DNA of 64,000 nucleotides from positions 1 through 64,000 of IMG/VR virus record IMGVR_UViG_3300025313_000944. One strand, 5' to 3'. Source of the DNA: a virus. A program made the position numbers and the translations under genes. The notes beneath the pieces were generated by a model. It saw nothing but the letters and a program-made list of their open reading frames with translations. It did not search any database and had not been told where the DNA came from. Every line of letters begins with the position of its first letter. Position 1 is the first letter of the stretch. Of the stretch, positions 18,570-28,493 are shown piece by piece.

Positions 18570-20401
18570 CACTATTAGATGAACTAAGGAAAGAATATAC
18601 CATTGCAACTCTCGAAGAGTTAGAACGAAAGTGGGCTGAAGAACCAACCAAGTCTTATTCGACTGGTGTTCCCAAGCTGGATAGAGATACCGGAGTTGGT
18701 GGCATTCCCGCAGGTAGGATAACTGAGATACATGGACCAGATCATTGTTTAGCTTGGGATTCATTTATTCTTTACAATATTATAGATAAGGGGGGACGCC
18801 GTCAAAATAAAAAAGGTGGAACTATACAGCACCTATATGAAAGATTCCATAAAATTTATGGCAACAAACGGAAAGAAACCAAAGATTCTGACTTTTATGT
18901 TGCTTCCATAAATGAAAAGGATTGTATAACGTTAAATAAAATAATGGATGTTGTTAAAACTGGAAACCAGAATTGTTATGAGGTGATAACAGAAAGAGGA
19001 CACAAATTAATCTGTACTAAGGAGCACCAATTTTATATTGGTAATGGTAAGTATGAAAAATTGGAAAAACTGGATGCTGGTAGCTGGGTTTTTATTCACG
19101 AAAATATACCCAATAGAAAGCATTATAAACAGATTAGATATTCAGAATTATTCGTAAAGTATCATCCATCTAATAGAATTAAGTCAATTACTGCAAATGA
19201 TAGGACTGGTTTTAAAAAATATAATTATATTAGATATAGGGTTAAAAATGCAAATATAATAGTAGAAGCAGACAGAAATGGATTAACATATAGAGAATAT
19301 ATTAACCTATTAAATAATGGTGTAAAAGAAGAAATAGATTCGCTATGGACAATTCCAACTGGGTTTGTGGTGCACCATAAAGATTTTAATTCAGGGAATG
19401 ATGATTTATCAAATCTTGAGCTAATGTTAGATGTGGAGCATCGCAGGTTGCACGCAATTCTCAGTCATAATAATTTAAGGTTTGTGGTAATACCAGACAA
19501 AATCAAGTCCATTAAATATGTTGGAGAAATGGAAACTTATGATATAAAATGTTTAGTTCCCTATAATAATTATGTTGCAAATAAATTCGTGGTACACAAC
19601 TCAGGTAAAACCAGTTTGGCTTTATCTACAGTGGCAGAATTGCATAAAGCAAATGCAGATGAACTAGCTTTATACATAGATGCAGAGAACGCTTTGGATT
19701 ATGAATATGCTTTAAAATTCAACGTGGACAGAAAAAGATTAATTGTCTTATATCCAGAGCAAGGTGAGGAAGTGTTTACTGTTGCGGAAAAGGCAGTTAG
19801 AAGTGGTGAATTTGCCATAGTGGTGGTTGATTCGGTGCCATCTGTTTCCCCAAGGAAGGAAATGGAGGGAGAAATAGGTGATGCCCACGTAGGATTAGTG
19901 CCTAGGTTGGTATCTCAGTTTTTGAGGAAGACTGCTTTTGCGGTGAGAGAATCAGGTGTGGCCGTTATATTTACCAATCAGATGAGAGACAGAATTGGTA
20001 GAGTACCATTGCCACCGGATTCACCTGGTGGTCGAGCTTTGAAGCACCATGCTTCTTTAAGAATATATCTATATAACGTAGAGCCGATTAAACAAGGTAA
20101 TGAAATTCTAGGCTCGAAGATTCAATACACTATAAAGAAGAACAAGGTTGGACCATCTTACGGCAATGGCGTGTTCGAGATTTGGAATGACAGAGGAATC
20201 TGCAAAGAGGCAGGATTGCTGGATATGGCGGTAGAATTAGGCATAATTCAGCAAAGGGGGGCTTGGTTTATTCACAACGAGAACACAATTGGTCAAGGCA
20301 GGTCTAGCACTATAAAAGCATTAAGTGAACCAGAATTATATAAAATTATATTACAGGAGTTAAAAGATGCAGAAAGGACCAACCACATGGAACACAATTG
20401 A
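18560..20401 (+). CDS. recA: RecA/UvsX recombinase with intein
   Basis: GGIPAGRITEI.GP, SGKT, IDAE, VVDSV, FTNQ.R, PGGRALK. Confidence 0.92.
   Translation: MVMTLLDELRKEYTIATLEELERKWAEEPTKSYSTGVPKLDRDTGVGGIPAGRITEIHGPDHCLAWDSFILYNIIDKGGRRQNKKGGTIQHLYERFHKIYGNKRKETKDSDFYVASINEKDCITLNKIMDVVKTGNQNCYEVITERGHKLICTKEHQFYIGNGKYEKLEKLDAGSWVFIHENIPNRKHYKQIRYSELFVKYHPSNRIKSITANDRTGFKKYNYIRYRVKNANIIVEADRNGLTYREYINLLNNGVKEEIDSLWTIPTGFVVHHKDFNSGNDDLSNLELMLDVEHRRLHAILSHNNLRFVVIPDKIKSIKYVGEMETYDIKCLVPYNNYVANKFVVHNSGKTSLALSTVAELHKANADELALYIDAENALDYEYALKFNVDRKRLIVLYPEQGEEVFTVAEKAVRSGEFAIVVVDSVPSVSPRKEMEGEIGDAHVGLVPRLVSQFLRKTAFAVRESGVAVIFTNQMRDRIGRVPLPPDSPGGRALKHHASLRIYLYNVEPIKQGNEILGSKIQYTIKKNKVGPSYGNGVFEIWNDRGICKEAGLLDMAVELGIIQQRGAWFIHNENTIGQGRSSTIKALSEPELYKIILQELKDAERTNHMEHN
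18746..19600 (+). mobile_element. 285-aa HNH-type intein in the RecA P-loop
   Basis: GPDH|CLAWDS...CTKEH...VVHN|SGKT; internal VHHKDFNSGNDDLSNL; AT-rich. Confidence 0.9.
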
Positions 20402-20900
20402 TTTATCTAATAAAAGATTTGGCAGATTGGTAGCATTAAAATTAGTTGGTATGAAGAAATACTGTGCCATGTGGTTGTGTCAATGTGACTGTGGAAATGA
20501 AAAAATAGTTAATGGTTACAATTTACGCAGCGGCAATACAATGTCTTGCGGTTGCTTACACAAAGAAAAATCTGGTGATGTAAATAGAAAACATGGCATG
20601 ACAGAAACCCCCGAATACACTACTTGGTGCAGTATGAAAGCCAGATGTTATAATCCAAATAACAAAGAATATAATTATTGGGGAGGCCGCGGTATAAAAG
20701 TTTGTGACGAGTGGTTAAATGATTTTGAATCGTTTTATAACCACATCGGTCCTAAACCTGGCCCTGGGTTCTCTATTGATAGAATTGACAATGAGGGCAA
20801 CTACGAGCCAGGAAATGTAAGGTGGGCAACTGCTTTGGAACAATCCAATAATAAACGGACTTATAAAAAAGGAAGGAAAAATAATGAAGAGAGTGTTTAA
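20367..20900 (+). CDS. HNH-family endonuclease
   Basis: WLCQCDCG, SCGC, GGRGIKVC, IDRIDNEGNYEPGNVRWA. Confidence 0.8.
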   Translation: MQKGPTTWNTIDLSNKRFGRLVALKLVGMKKYCAMWLCQCDCGNEKIVNGYNLRSGNTMSCGCLHKEKSGDVNRKHGMTETPEYTTWCSMKARCYNPNNKEYNYWGGRGIKVCDEWLNDFESFYNHIGPKPGPGFSIDRIDNEGNYEPGNVRWATALEQSNNKRTYKKGRKNNEESV

Positions 20901-21153
20901 TGTGACAAGGGTGTATCCGTTGGGAGCCTACAAAAACGTAAAGTACGAAAACACGTTAGAAGTTGAAGGAGAAGAACTGGAAGAATTGTTAAATAAGTAC
21001 AATGGCCCGATTGGTGTTTTTGAAAATTTAACCACAGAAATTTACCAAGCCTTTTTCAAACACGTTGATATGGCATTATCTTTTGAAGCCGCTCCAACAA
21101 TTGATGCTAAACGTGAAGCTTTTGAAGAATATCTAAACAATAAAGGAGAATAA
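20884..21153 (+). CDS. hypothetical protein
   Basis: 89 aa, AAGGA RBS. Confidence 0.55.
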   Translation: MKRVFNVTRVYPLGAYKNVKYENTLEVEGEELEELLNKYNGPIGVFENLTTEIYQAFFKHVDMALSFEAAPTIDAKREAFEEYLNNKGE

Positions 21154-21156
21154 GAA

Positions 21157-21360
21157 ATGAATCTTGAGTGGTTGAAGGCATTGTTGGTTAGCCGCAAATT
21201 CTGGCTGGCTTTTATAGCTACGCTAGTTGCAGTCGTGCTGTACATTCAGGGAGCCATTGACGCTGAGACTTTGATTAATGCTATCGTAGCTTTGATGGTT
21301 GTCTTGGTTGGTTCTATCGCCGCCGAAGATATTGCAACTAAACTTAATGGTAAGAAATAA
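21157..21360 (+). CDS. holin-like two-TM protein
   Basis: SRKFW motif, two hydrophobic segments, basic tail. Confidence 0.65.
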   Translation: MNLEWLKALLVSRKFWLAFIATLVAVVLYIQGAIDAETLINAIVALMVVLVGSIAAEDIATKLNGKK

Positions 21361-21372
21361 GGAGAACTAGAA

Positions 21373-22167
21373 ATGGCATTTTTTAACGAGACTCAATCAG
21401 GCACGAAAAAACGAAGAAATTGGCAAGATACATTCGTAATGTTGACGCCGGAACACCCCAGTGTGGTGCAGATTATTGAGCCAAAATATGCCTCTATTTG
21501 GAGACATTGGATACCTCAGGCTAGACGAAAGAATGGTGGGCGTGGTATCTATGTGGTCTGTCCAGGTATGGATATTTGTCCGATCTGTATCCGCAACAAG
21601 GAATTGCCGGATCGAGACCATCCTGACTACATCGGTGCCAGCAAGCGTTATGTAATCAATGTCTTGGATTTGACGCCGAGAAAGCAGTGCCCTCTGTGTG
21701 AGACAGTTAGTTATACTAATAACTGTTCTTATTGTGGTACTGAGCTTAAGGAAGTTGAGAAGATAGCACCTGAAGTTCGGTTGTTGGAGCGCGGTCGGGA
21801 ATTGTTTGACCAATTGAATACCATCGAAGATACTATCGTTAAATCTTACGATCCTAAAGACCCAACCAACGATCCAGAAATTTTTGATTATTCAAAGTAT
21901 AGTCCGGGTGACGATGTTCCAGTAGGTATCATGCACTATCCAATTACATTGAAGCTCAATGAGCAAACTAAGAAACCTACGCCGGTTGCTGGGCAGATCA
22001 ATAACCTCAATTGGCGGGATTGGCAGGAACAATTGATCAATTCAGAGGAAGCTTACATTGAGTTGACCCCACCTGAAATCGTAGAACTTCTGAGGGGTGG
22101 TTCCCTCTCAGAACTCTTAAAAGCACGCAACCAAGAAGATACCAGTGAAGAAGAATTAGGTCTGTAA
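21373..22167 (+). CDS. gp32-like single-stranded DNA-binding protein
   Basis: HW..VC....CPIC, RYVINVLD, additional Zn ribbon, acidic C-tail. Confidence 0.65.
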   Translation: MAFFNETQSGTKKRRNWQDTFVMLTPEHPSVVQIIEPKYASIWRHWIPQARRKNGGRGIYVVCPGMDICPICIRNKELPDRDHPDYIGASKRYVINVLDLTPRKQCPLCETVSYTNNCSYCGTELKEVEKIAPEVRLLERGRELFDQLNTIEDTIVKSYDPKDPTNDPEIFDYSKYSPGDDVPVGIMHYPITLKLNEQTKKPTPVAGQINNLNWRDWQEQLINSEEAYIELTPPEIVELLRGGSLSELLKARNQEDTSEEELGL

Positions 22168-22171
22168 ATTT

Positions 22172-22564
22172 GTGAGGGGAGAAGGGAAACTTTCTCCCCC
22201 ATTGGAGATTGAAATGAACTACAGGAAAATGTTAGAGATATCTCCTAAGCCTTACCATACGCTGATGCAAGCGTATACAGAGATTACCAACGAGGTAATT
22301 TCACAACAATTGATGCAAAAACTTCTTAAGGAATACGATGCTAATTTAATACTAGATGCCATAGAATTGATGCGAGGTAGGATTGTAGACAAGCCGGTGC
22401 CTTATTTGGTTGGTATTTGTAGAAACTTGCGGAGTAAACAAGTTGAAAAGTTTGTGGAAAGCAAACGTGTAGATACACTCGTGGATACGTTTCTGGACGA
22501 AAAAACCAGAACTGATCGACCAATTTTGAGGAGACCGTTGTTACATGTCGAATCTACCATATAG
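22172..22564 (+). CDS. hypothetical protein, possible helicase loader
   Basis: coupled to dnaB; PYLVGICRN segment. Confidence 0.45.
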   Translation: MRGEGKLSPPLEIEMNYRKMLEISPKPYHTLMQAYTEITNEVISQQLMQKLLKEYDANLILDAIELMRGRIVDKPVPYLVGICRNLRSKQVEKFVESKRVDTLVDTFLDEKTRTDRPILRRPLLHVESTI

Positions 22565-23828
22565 TCTAGAGGCGGAAAAAGCTGTATTAGGGTCGTTATT
22601 GATTGATAGTAGTGTAACTTTTTTGGCTACACCATTATTAGAGGTCAAATTCTTTTGGGAAAAGTCACACCAGCTTATCTACCAAGCCATCTTGGACGTG
22701 ATAACTGAGGGTATTCCCGTAGATTTCGTGACGGCTAGCAGCCGCTTGCAGCAGGTAAATAAACTAGACGAGGTTGGTGGTATAAATTACTTGACTGAAT
22801 TGATGCAATCCACACCATCTAGTTTGCACGCCGAGTATTATGCCAGCATAGTTAAGAATTATCATCGTTTAAGATCGTTGATAACCACTGCTCACCGCAT
22901 AATCAAGAATGCTGAGAGTGCTGGACCAGACGAAGTAGCCTCAGCTCTAGATGAATCATTAGATGCTTTATATGGTGTCTTCGGAGAAAAAGAACGCATA
23001 AAGAATTCATCGTATATGATGGATGAATTCCTGAACCATTTCGAGAAGAGGTACAACAATCCAAGCCAGACTGATATTTCTACCGGCTTCTTGGAGTTAG
23101 ATGCTGTCATTGGTGGCTACATACCAACCGATTTGATCGTGATTGCGGGCAGACCCTCGTGGGGCAAGACAGCCTTTATGATGAATTCAATGTTAAAGCT
23201 AAGCAGGGCTGGTATTCCCAGTGTCTTATTCGCTTACGAGATGTCTAGAGTTCAGACTGAACAAAGGTTTATAGCTTTAGAATCTGGCATAGCCTTGCAA
23301 AAAATAAAAACAGCTTCAGGCTTGAGCCAAACAGAATTAGATAAAGTAGTTCAGGCTGCCAGTGATTTTACCAATTATCGGTTGTACATTGACAACCACA
23401 CCGCCGGTGACGTATATTATCTAACTTCGGCTATCCGGCAATACGTGCAACAATTTGGCATCAAAGTAATCTTCATAGATTATTTGCAGAGGATACCCAC
23501 GTTGGGGCAGGACTTAACCCAAGAGACAGGTAAGATTACCACTATCCTTAAAACTTTGGCTACCTCACTTGGTATAACCATAGTCTTGGTTTGTCAGTTA
23601 AATAGAGATATAGAGCGCCGCCAAGGTAAACCAATACTTTCAGATTTGCGGCAGAGTGGAAGAATAGAAGAAGATAGTGATGTAGTTCTGTTTATCCACC
23701 GCGATCCAGATGGAGACACACCAGAAGATACAGAGGTAATCATTGGTAAAAATCGTAATGGTCCCATTGGTAGCTTTACACTTTATTTTGACCAACAAAC
23801 TACAAAATTTATAGGTCGTGAGAGATGA
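22545..23828 (+). CDS. dnaB: replicative helicase DnaB
   Basis: LPYSLEAEKAVLG, AGRPSWGKT, IDYLQ, QLNR, SDLRQSGRIEED, KNRNGP. Confidence 0.96.
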   Translation: MSNLPYSLEAEKAVLGSLLIDSSVTFLATPLLEVKFFWEKSHQLIYQAILDVITEGIPVDFVTASSRLQQVNKLDEVGGINYLTELMQSTPSSLHAEYYASIVKNYHRLRSLITTAHRIIKNAESAGPDEVASALDESLDALYGVFGEKERIKNSSYMMDEFLNHFEKRYNNPSQTDISTGFLELDAVIGGYIPTDLIVIAGRPSWGKTAFMMNSMLKLSRAGIPSVLFAYEMSRVQTEQRFIALESGIALQKIKTASGLSQTELDKVVQAASDFTNYRLYIDNHTAGDVYYLTSAIRQYVQQFGIKVIFIDYLQRIPTLGQDLTQETGKITTILKTLATSLGITIVLVCQLNRDIERRQGKPILSDLRQSGRIEEDSDVVLFIHRDPDGDTPEDTEVIIGKNRNGPIGSFTLYFDQQTTKFIGRER

Positions 23829-24283
23829 CCAAAAAGATACCCAAACCTCAACCTAAGGATAGAGGAGGCAAATCAGCTAAACAGTCAGGTAATTATTTTG
23901 AATATATGGCTGAAGATTACTTTGATAAGTCGAATATAGCCTCAGCTACCAGAATTGTAGGTTCTGGTGCCTTTGGTAAGATAAGTAGGGAGCCAAGATT
24001 GTTGGGTGATTTGCACATAGATTTCGACATATTGAACCACCCCATCTTGGCAGAATTAAAATTCGGCTATGGTGGCCCCACTCAAATAACGATCAAGAAG
24101 GAATGGATCGAAAAAATAACTCAAGAAGCCGAATTGACTAATAGATATCCAGCTTTGATATTTAAATTTAAAGGAGCCAGAGGAAAAAATTCTAGAATGA
24201 TTGCCTTTTCTTGGGAAGTATTTATGTCTATTATGAAGGATTTAGCTGAGTATATTGCTTTTTTGGAGAAGAAAAATGGATGA
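23825..24283 (+). CDS. Holliday junction resolvase, PD-(D/E)XK type
   Basis: G..FE, SGA, GD, ELK, PALIFK. Confidence 0.7.
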   Translation: MTKKIPKPQPKDRGGKSAKQSGNYFEYMAEDYFDKSNIASATRIVGSGAFGKISREPRLLGDLHIDFDILNHPILAELKFGYGGPTQITIKKEWIEKITQEAELTNRYPALIFKFKGARGKNSRMIAFSWEVFMSIMKDLAEYIAFLEKKNG

Positions 24284-24482
24284 GATTAAAGATATAGATA
24301 TGCTTGAACCATACTCCATCGGGCTGGGTTTGGTAACTCTAACAATACCAACATTTGTAGCTTGGCAATTGGCAGAGGATTTGAAACAGGCTTTATTGGA
24401 TGAATATGAGATGGTTCCTGGCATACCTACGCCGAACAATCCACAGCCAGCACCTAAGCTTAAACTTAAGGAGTAATACACA

Positions 24483-24869
24483 ATGGCTTTTATGAACATA
24501 GAAAGTGGTCCCGGTTTCGATTATGATGACCTCTTCACCGCTTGGAAGCAAATGGCTAATCTGGAAGAGATGGTATCTGAACATACTCGGTTGTTAGATG
24601 CTGCACGAGCATTATTTAAGCAGCAATGTTTAGTCACCAGAGAATATTGGCACAATGATAAACAACCCTCTATGGAGTATTTGAAGCAAGTAATACATTA
24701 CGTAGGTAATACCGAAGCAGATAGGGATTATCTCGAATTACGCGAGAAAGAATTGCAAAAATTGCAAAAGGCATTAATCGAAGCCAAAGGTCGTCTGGAT
24801 GCTATGCACGAACAAATAAGGATTTGGCAATCGGCTGGCGCTAATGCGAGAAAGACATTAATAGAATGA
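24483..24869 (+). CDS. UvsY-like coiled-coil recombination mediator (tentative)
   Basis: 128 aa helical protein in recombination cluster. Confidence 0.4.
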   Translation: MAFMNIESGPGFDYDDLFTAWKQMANLEEMVSEHTRLLDAARALFKQQCLVTREYWHNDKQPSMEYLKQVIHYVGNTEADRDYLELREKELQKLQKALIEAKGRLDAMHEQIRIWQSAGANARKTLIE

Positions 24870-25282
24870 GTGCTTTAGTGAGAGCTTTATTACACATCTA
24901 CGCTGATCTAGAAAACCGTAATGAGGTCGATGATTTCCTTTCGTGGAAGATCGACCTAGATCGGGCTTTCAAAATCTTATCTGAATCTAGGACCTTGACA
25001 GATATGGAACGCCAAGTGGTCATGATGGTGAGTACCGGTTGCTCAAACAACCAAGGTTCCAAAGAATTGGGCTTGCCGAGAACTAAGTATCTGGATTTAT
25101 TGAGATCAGCCAGCATCAAGATGGCCGACTTTTTGGGCAAGGAATATTCTGATAATATAATCCTGACGAAGATTGAGCACCGACTAGGCAGAACCTTGAG
25201 TAATAGGGAGACCAGAAAAGTCTTGCATGCTCTAACTTCTGCAAATAGTGATTACAAAAAAGATGGCATATTGGGAGAATAA
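24866..25282 (+). CDS. sigma region-4-like HTH protein
   Basis: LTDMERQVV....G.S.....ELG. Confidence 0.55.
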   Translation: MSALVRALLHIYADLENRNEVDDFLSWKIDLDRAFKILSESRTLTDMERQVVMMVSTGCSNNQGSKELGLPRTKYLDLLRSASIKMADFLGKEYSDNIILTKIEHRLGRTLSNRETRKVLHALTSANSDYKKDGILGE

Positions 25283-25284
25283 TT

Positions 25285-26793
25285 GTGGAACAAAAAGAAA
25301 TCATCGATTCAATAAAAGCCAAGGTAGGTACCAGTCTGACATTAGCCGAAATCCCCAAATTGAGGTGTATCCACCGGCATGTAATCGAAGAGCACCCCAT
25401 GTGTTTTTTAAACGGGGATATTAAATGGCCTACAGACAAAGCATTTGAAAAATATAATGATGTGCCTTGGTTTATGTGGCCTGGGCATAAAATCGGTTAC
25501 TTGGACATAGAAACCAGTGGACTAAACGTCAACTTTGGTACCATGCTATCTTGGGCAATAAAAGAAAAAGGCGGTGGTATTCATTATGATGTAATCACCA
25601 AGGATGATATTTTTGATAGAAACATTCGTGATTTAAAATTGGTAACCAGTTTGCTGGAAGAATTGAAAAAATATAGCATAGTGGTTACATATTATGGCTG
25701 TGTGACTCCTGGTCACAAGATTTTAACTAAAGACCTACGTTGGGTCAATGTTGAAACTCTTAAGCCAGGAGATGAGTTATTGTCTTTTGAGGACAACCCA
25801 TCAAAAAGATCAAGACAGTATACCGAAAGTGTTGTGATGAATAATGTTCCTATTGTAAAGGATGTTTTTGAAATCACGCTTTCTAATGGACAAAAGTTAG
25901 TAGCAACAGGAGACCACCCTTGGCTGGTTAAAAGACAACGTGTCTGGTGTTGGAGAAAAACAAGCGAATTACTGAATAAGGGTCAAGTAACTAAACTGGA
26001 CAAGATCATAGATGTGTGGGAAGAATCTAATTCTAGAGAATCTGGATACTTAGCTGGATTCTTTGACTCTGAGGGTGGAGTTTACCAAGTAAATAGAAAA
26101 GATAGAGACGGAGAGTATACATTTTCCGTGTGGGCATCTCAGAATGAAGAAAGTAATGGGAACATAATTGATGAAGTTGTTAGAGCAGCAAGATCAGAAG
26201 GTTTTGAATTATTAGTTCATAGTTATGATAAAGAACACCCAAGGCAGATGTCTATAGGTGTGGGTGGATCGAAGCAAGAAAAATTGAAGTTTCTTGGTAA
26301 AATTAGACCACAGAAGTTAAAGAAACTGGACGTGAATATACTAGGGGAGATTGGTAGAGAAGATTCTATAGAAATAGTATCAATTATCCCATTGGGAAAA
26401 CAGGTTGTTTGTGGTCTGGAAACGTCTAGTAAAACTTATATAGTGGATGGATTTGGTAGTCACAATACTAATTTCGACGTTCCCTTCATTCGCGCCAAAG
26501 CTTTGCATTATAACCTAGAGGGCTTAGAGTACGGTTCCGCTTTCCATCTCGATCTTTACTTCACCATAAAAAGCAAATTTGCACTGAGCAGAAAATCTCT
26601 GGCAGTAGCCACAGAATATTTTGGCATACCCGGAAAGACACCTATAGAATATTCTGTGTGGTATGATGCACAATTTGGAGAGCCAGAAGAATTGGCTATA
26701 GTTCTAGAACACAATATTGCAGATGTAGAGATAACTGAGAAACTTCACGACAAGATCACTCCCTATAGAAAGTGGCTACGTAAAAGTGTTTAA
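25285..26793 (+). CDS. DEDD/RNase H-fold 3'-5' exonuclease with intein
   Basis: LDIETSGL, TYYG|TNFDVPF, HLDLY, EHNIADV. Confidence 0.85.
   Translation: MEQKEIIDSIKAKVGTSLTLAEIPKLRCIHRHVIEEHPMCFLNGDIKWPTDKAFEKYNDVPWFMWPGHKIGYLDIETSGLNVNFGTMLSWAIKEKGGGIHYDVITKDDIFDRNIRDLKLVTSLLEELKKYSIVVTYYGCVTPGHKILTKDLRWVNVETLKPGDELLSFEDNPSKRSRQYTESVVMNNVPIVKDVFEITLSNGQKLVATGDHPWLVKRQRVWCWRKTSELLNKGQVTKLDKIIDVWEESNSRESGYLAGFFDSEGGVYQVNRKDRDGEYTFSVWASQNEESNGNIIDEVVRAARSEGFELLVHSYDKEHPRQMSIGVGGSKQEKLKFLGKIRPQKLKKLDVNILGEIGREDSIEIVSIIPLGKQVVCGLETSSKTYIVDGFGSHNTNFDVPFIRAKALHYNLEGLEYGSAFHLDLYFTIKSKFALSRKSLAVATEYFGIPGKTPIEYSVWYDAQFGEPEELAIVLEHNIADVEITEKLHDKITPYRKWLRKSV
25699..26466 (+). mobile_element. 256-aa intein with a single evident LAGLIDADG motif
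   Basis: YYG|CVTPGHKIL...ATGDHP...GSHN|TNFD; YLAGFFDSEG. Confidence 0.9.
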
Positions 26794-26941
26794 TGTGTGG
26801 AAATATGAACGTCGGGAAAGAAAATTAGAATCTCGTAAGAAGAGAATACCTAAACATAGTAAGGAACTCGGTGAACTATATGCTAATGCGATACTCAAAC
26901 GAGCCAAGGTGAAGCACCGCAAAAGTCGGGGAAACTCAGGC

Positions 26942-26970
26942 TTGACAAAGCAATCACCAGATGCTAATAT
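26942..26970 (+). promoter_or_regulatory. sigma70-type promoter
   Basis: TTGACA-17-TAATAT with TG extension. Confidence 0.65.
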
Positions 26971-27135
26971 AGAGGAAGATTGAAAAGGAGAAATAAAGAA
27001 TGAGTGAACATTTTGTAGCCCACTTTATTATAGTAGGCAACCAACTTCTCGACGTTGTTGGGGTATTATTGGTTGTTCTGGCTTACGAGGGCCTTAGGTT
27101 CTTGGTTAAAAACATATTCTAAAAGGAGAAATTTA

Positions 27136-28197
27136 ATGAGTTCTTTAGTGGTTGAGGTTTGTGAAGTTAAAAAGGTGGAGACACACCCTAATGCCGATAG
27201 GTTAGAATTAGCCATGGTCAAGGGTTGGCAAACAATTATCGGCAAAGGAGATCACCAGGTTGGTGATTTAGTTATCTTCGTGCCACCTGATTCTATCTTG
27301 CCGGAAAATTTAATTAAGCGATTTAATATTACTTATCTTAAGGGTAAGAATGGTAGAGTTGGTGTAGTAAAATTGCGGGGAGTATTCTCTTATGGTTTAA
27401 TTCTACCCAACGAGGATAGTCACAGGTTGGGAACCAACGTAGCCGATATTTACGGCATTATTAAATGGGAACCACCATCGGAAGTACACACAGTTGGTGG
27501 TCGCCGCAGCAGGAACCAGAAAGGCAATCCTAACTTCTTTAAGTATACTGATATTGAGAATTACCGTAACTTCGAGGATGTCCTGCGGGAAGGTGAGCGA
27601 GTTGTGATCACCGAAAAAATTCACGGCACAAATCTAAGGCTGGGGTGGGTAGAGAAGCCAATTGGTAACCTCCACAAATTTATTCGTAACCTGTTCAAGT
27701 TGGGACCAGTCTATGAATTTATAGTTGGTTCCCGCAACGTACAATACAATTACTATAGAGATATTACTTATTACGGCATCAATATCTATATACTTATGTC
27801 AGTTAGGTTGGGCTTGACTAGGCTGCCCAAAGGTTATACAGTCTATGGAGAAATCTATGGGCCAAGTATCCAAGATTTAACTTATAGTGCTCAGAAATTA
27901 GGTGTGGTTTTCTTCGACGTGATGTGGAAAGGTAGATACCTAGATTACACCGATGCTCGTATGTTTTTCAGCAGACAAGAATTGCCAACCGTGCCGATGT
28001 TATATGCAGGTCCTTGGAGCTACGAGAAAGGCCAAGAGTTGGTTACTGGCTTATCGAAGATGGACAACAAAACTATAAGAGAAGGCATCGTCATTCGCCC
28101 GGTTCACGAACGAGTTGACCCCAAACTTGGCCGAGTTATTGTCAAGCTAATAAATCCTGATTATCTCGTTCGCAAAGGTGCTTCGGAGAATAAATAA
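27136..28197 (+). CDS. RNA ligase, DRB0094/Rnl5-like
   Basis: N-terminal HPNADRLE OB domain; TEKIHGTN, YGEIYG, FFDV, REGIV, K.INPDYL. Confidence 0.88.
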   Translation: MSSLVVEVCEVKKVETHPNADRLELAMVKGWQTIIGKGDHQVGDLVIFVPPDSILPENLIKRFNITYLKGKNGRVGVVKLRGVFSYGLILPNEDSHRLGTNVADIYGIIKWEPPSEVHTVGGRRSRNQKGNPNFFKYTDIENYRNFEDVLREGERVVITEKIHGTNLRLGWVEKPIGNLHKFIRNLFKLGPVYEFIVGSRNVQYNYYRDITYYGINIYILMSVRLGLTRLPKGYTVYGEIYGPSIQDLTYSAQKLGVVFFDVMWKGRYLDYTDARMFFSRQELPTVPMLYAGPWSYEKGQELVTGLSKMDNKTIREGIVIRPVHERVDPKLGRVIVKLINPDYLVRKGASENK

Positions 28198-28493
28198 TGA
28201 GAAGGTTTGTAATCCGCACAATCAAAAATGGGCAAGTAAAAATCTTTGGCAAGATATTTGAACCAGACAACAAATTTATGGAGTATGATGGTAGATTGGA
28301 TGGCCTGCGCTATGCGTTTGGCTTGTATTATACACCCATATTGTTGGATGAACAAACTGTTGGCTATGATATATTTTCTGTAAATCTTTGGGGACCAGAA
28401 GAAAACTACAAAAACCCAGTTACTCAGACGTGGGCAATTGATCCACAGATTGTGGAAGGTCATTATCCTTGGTTGATTTGGTGGAGAGTTTGA
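28197..28493 (+). CDS. hypothetical protein
   Basis: 98 aa coupled ORF. Confidence 0.55.
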   Translation: MRRFVIRTIKNGQVKIFGKIFEPDNKFMEYDGRLDGLRYAFGLYYTPILLDEQTVGYDIFSVNLWGPEENYKNPVTQTWAIDPQIVEGHYPWLIWWRV

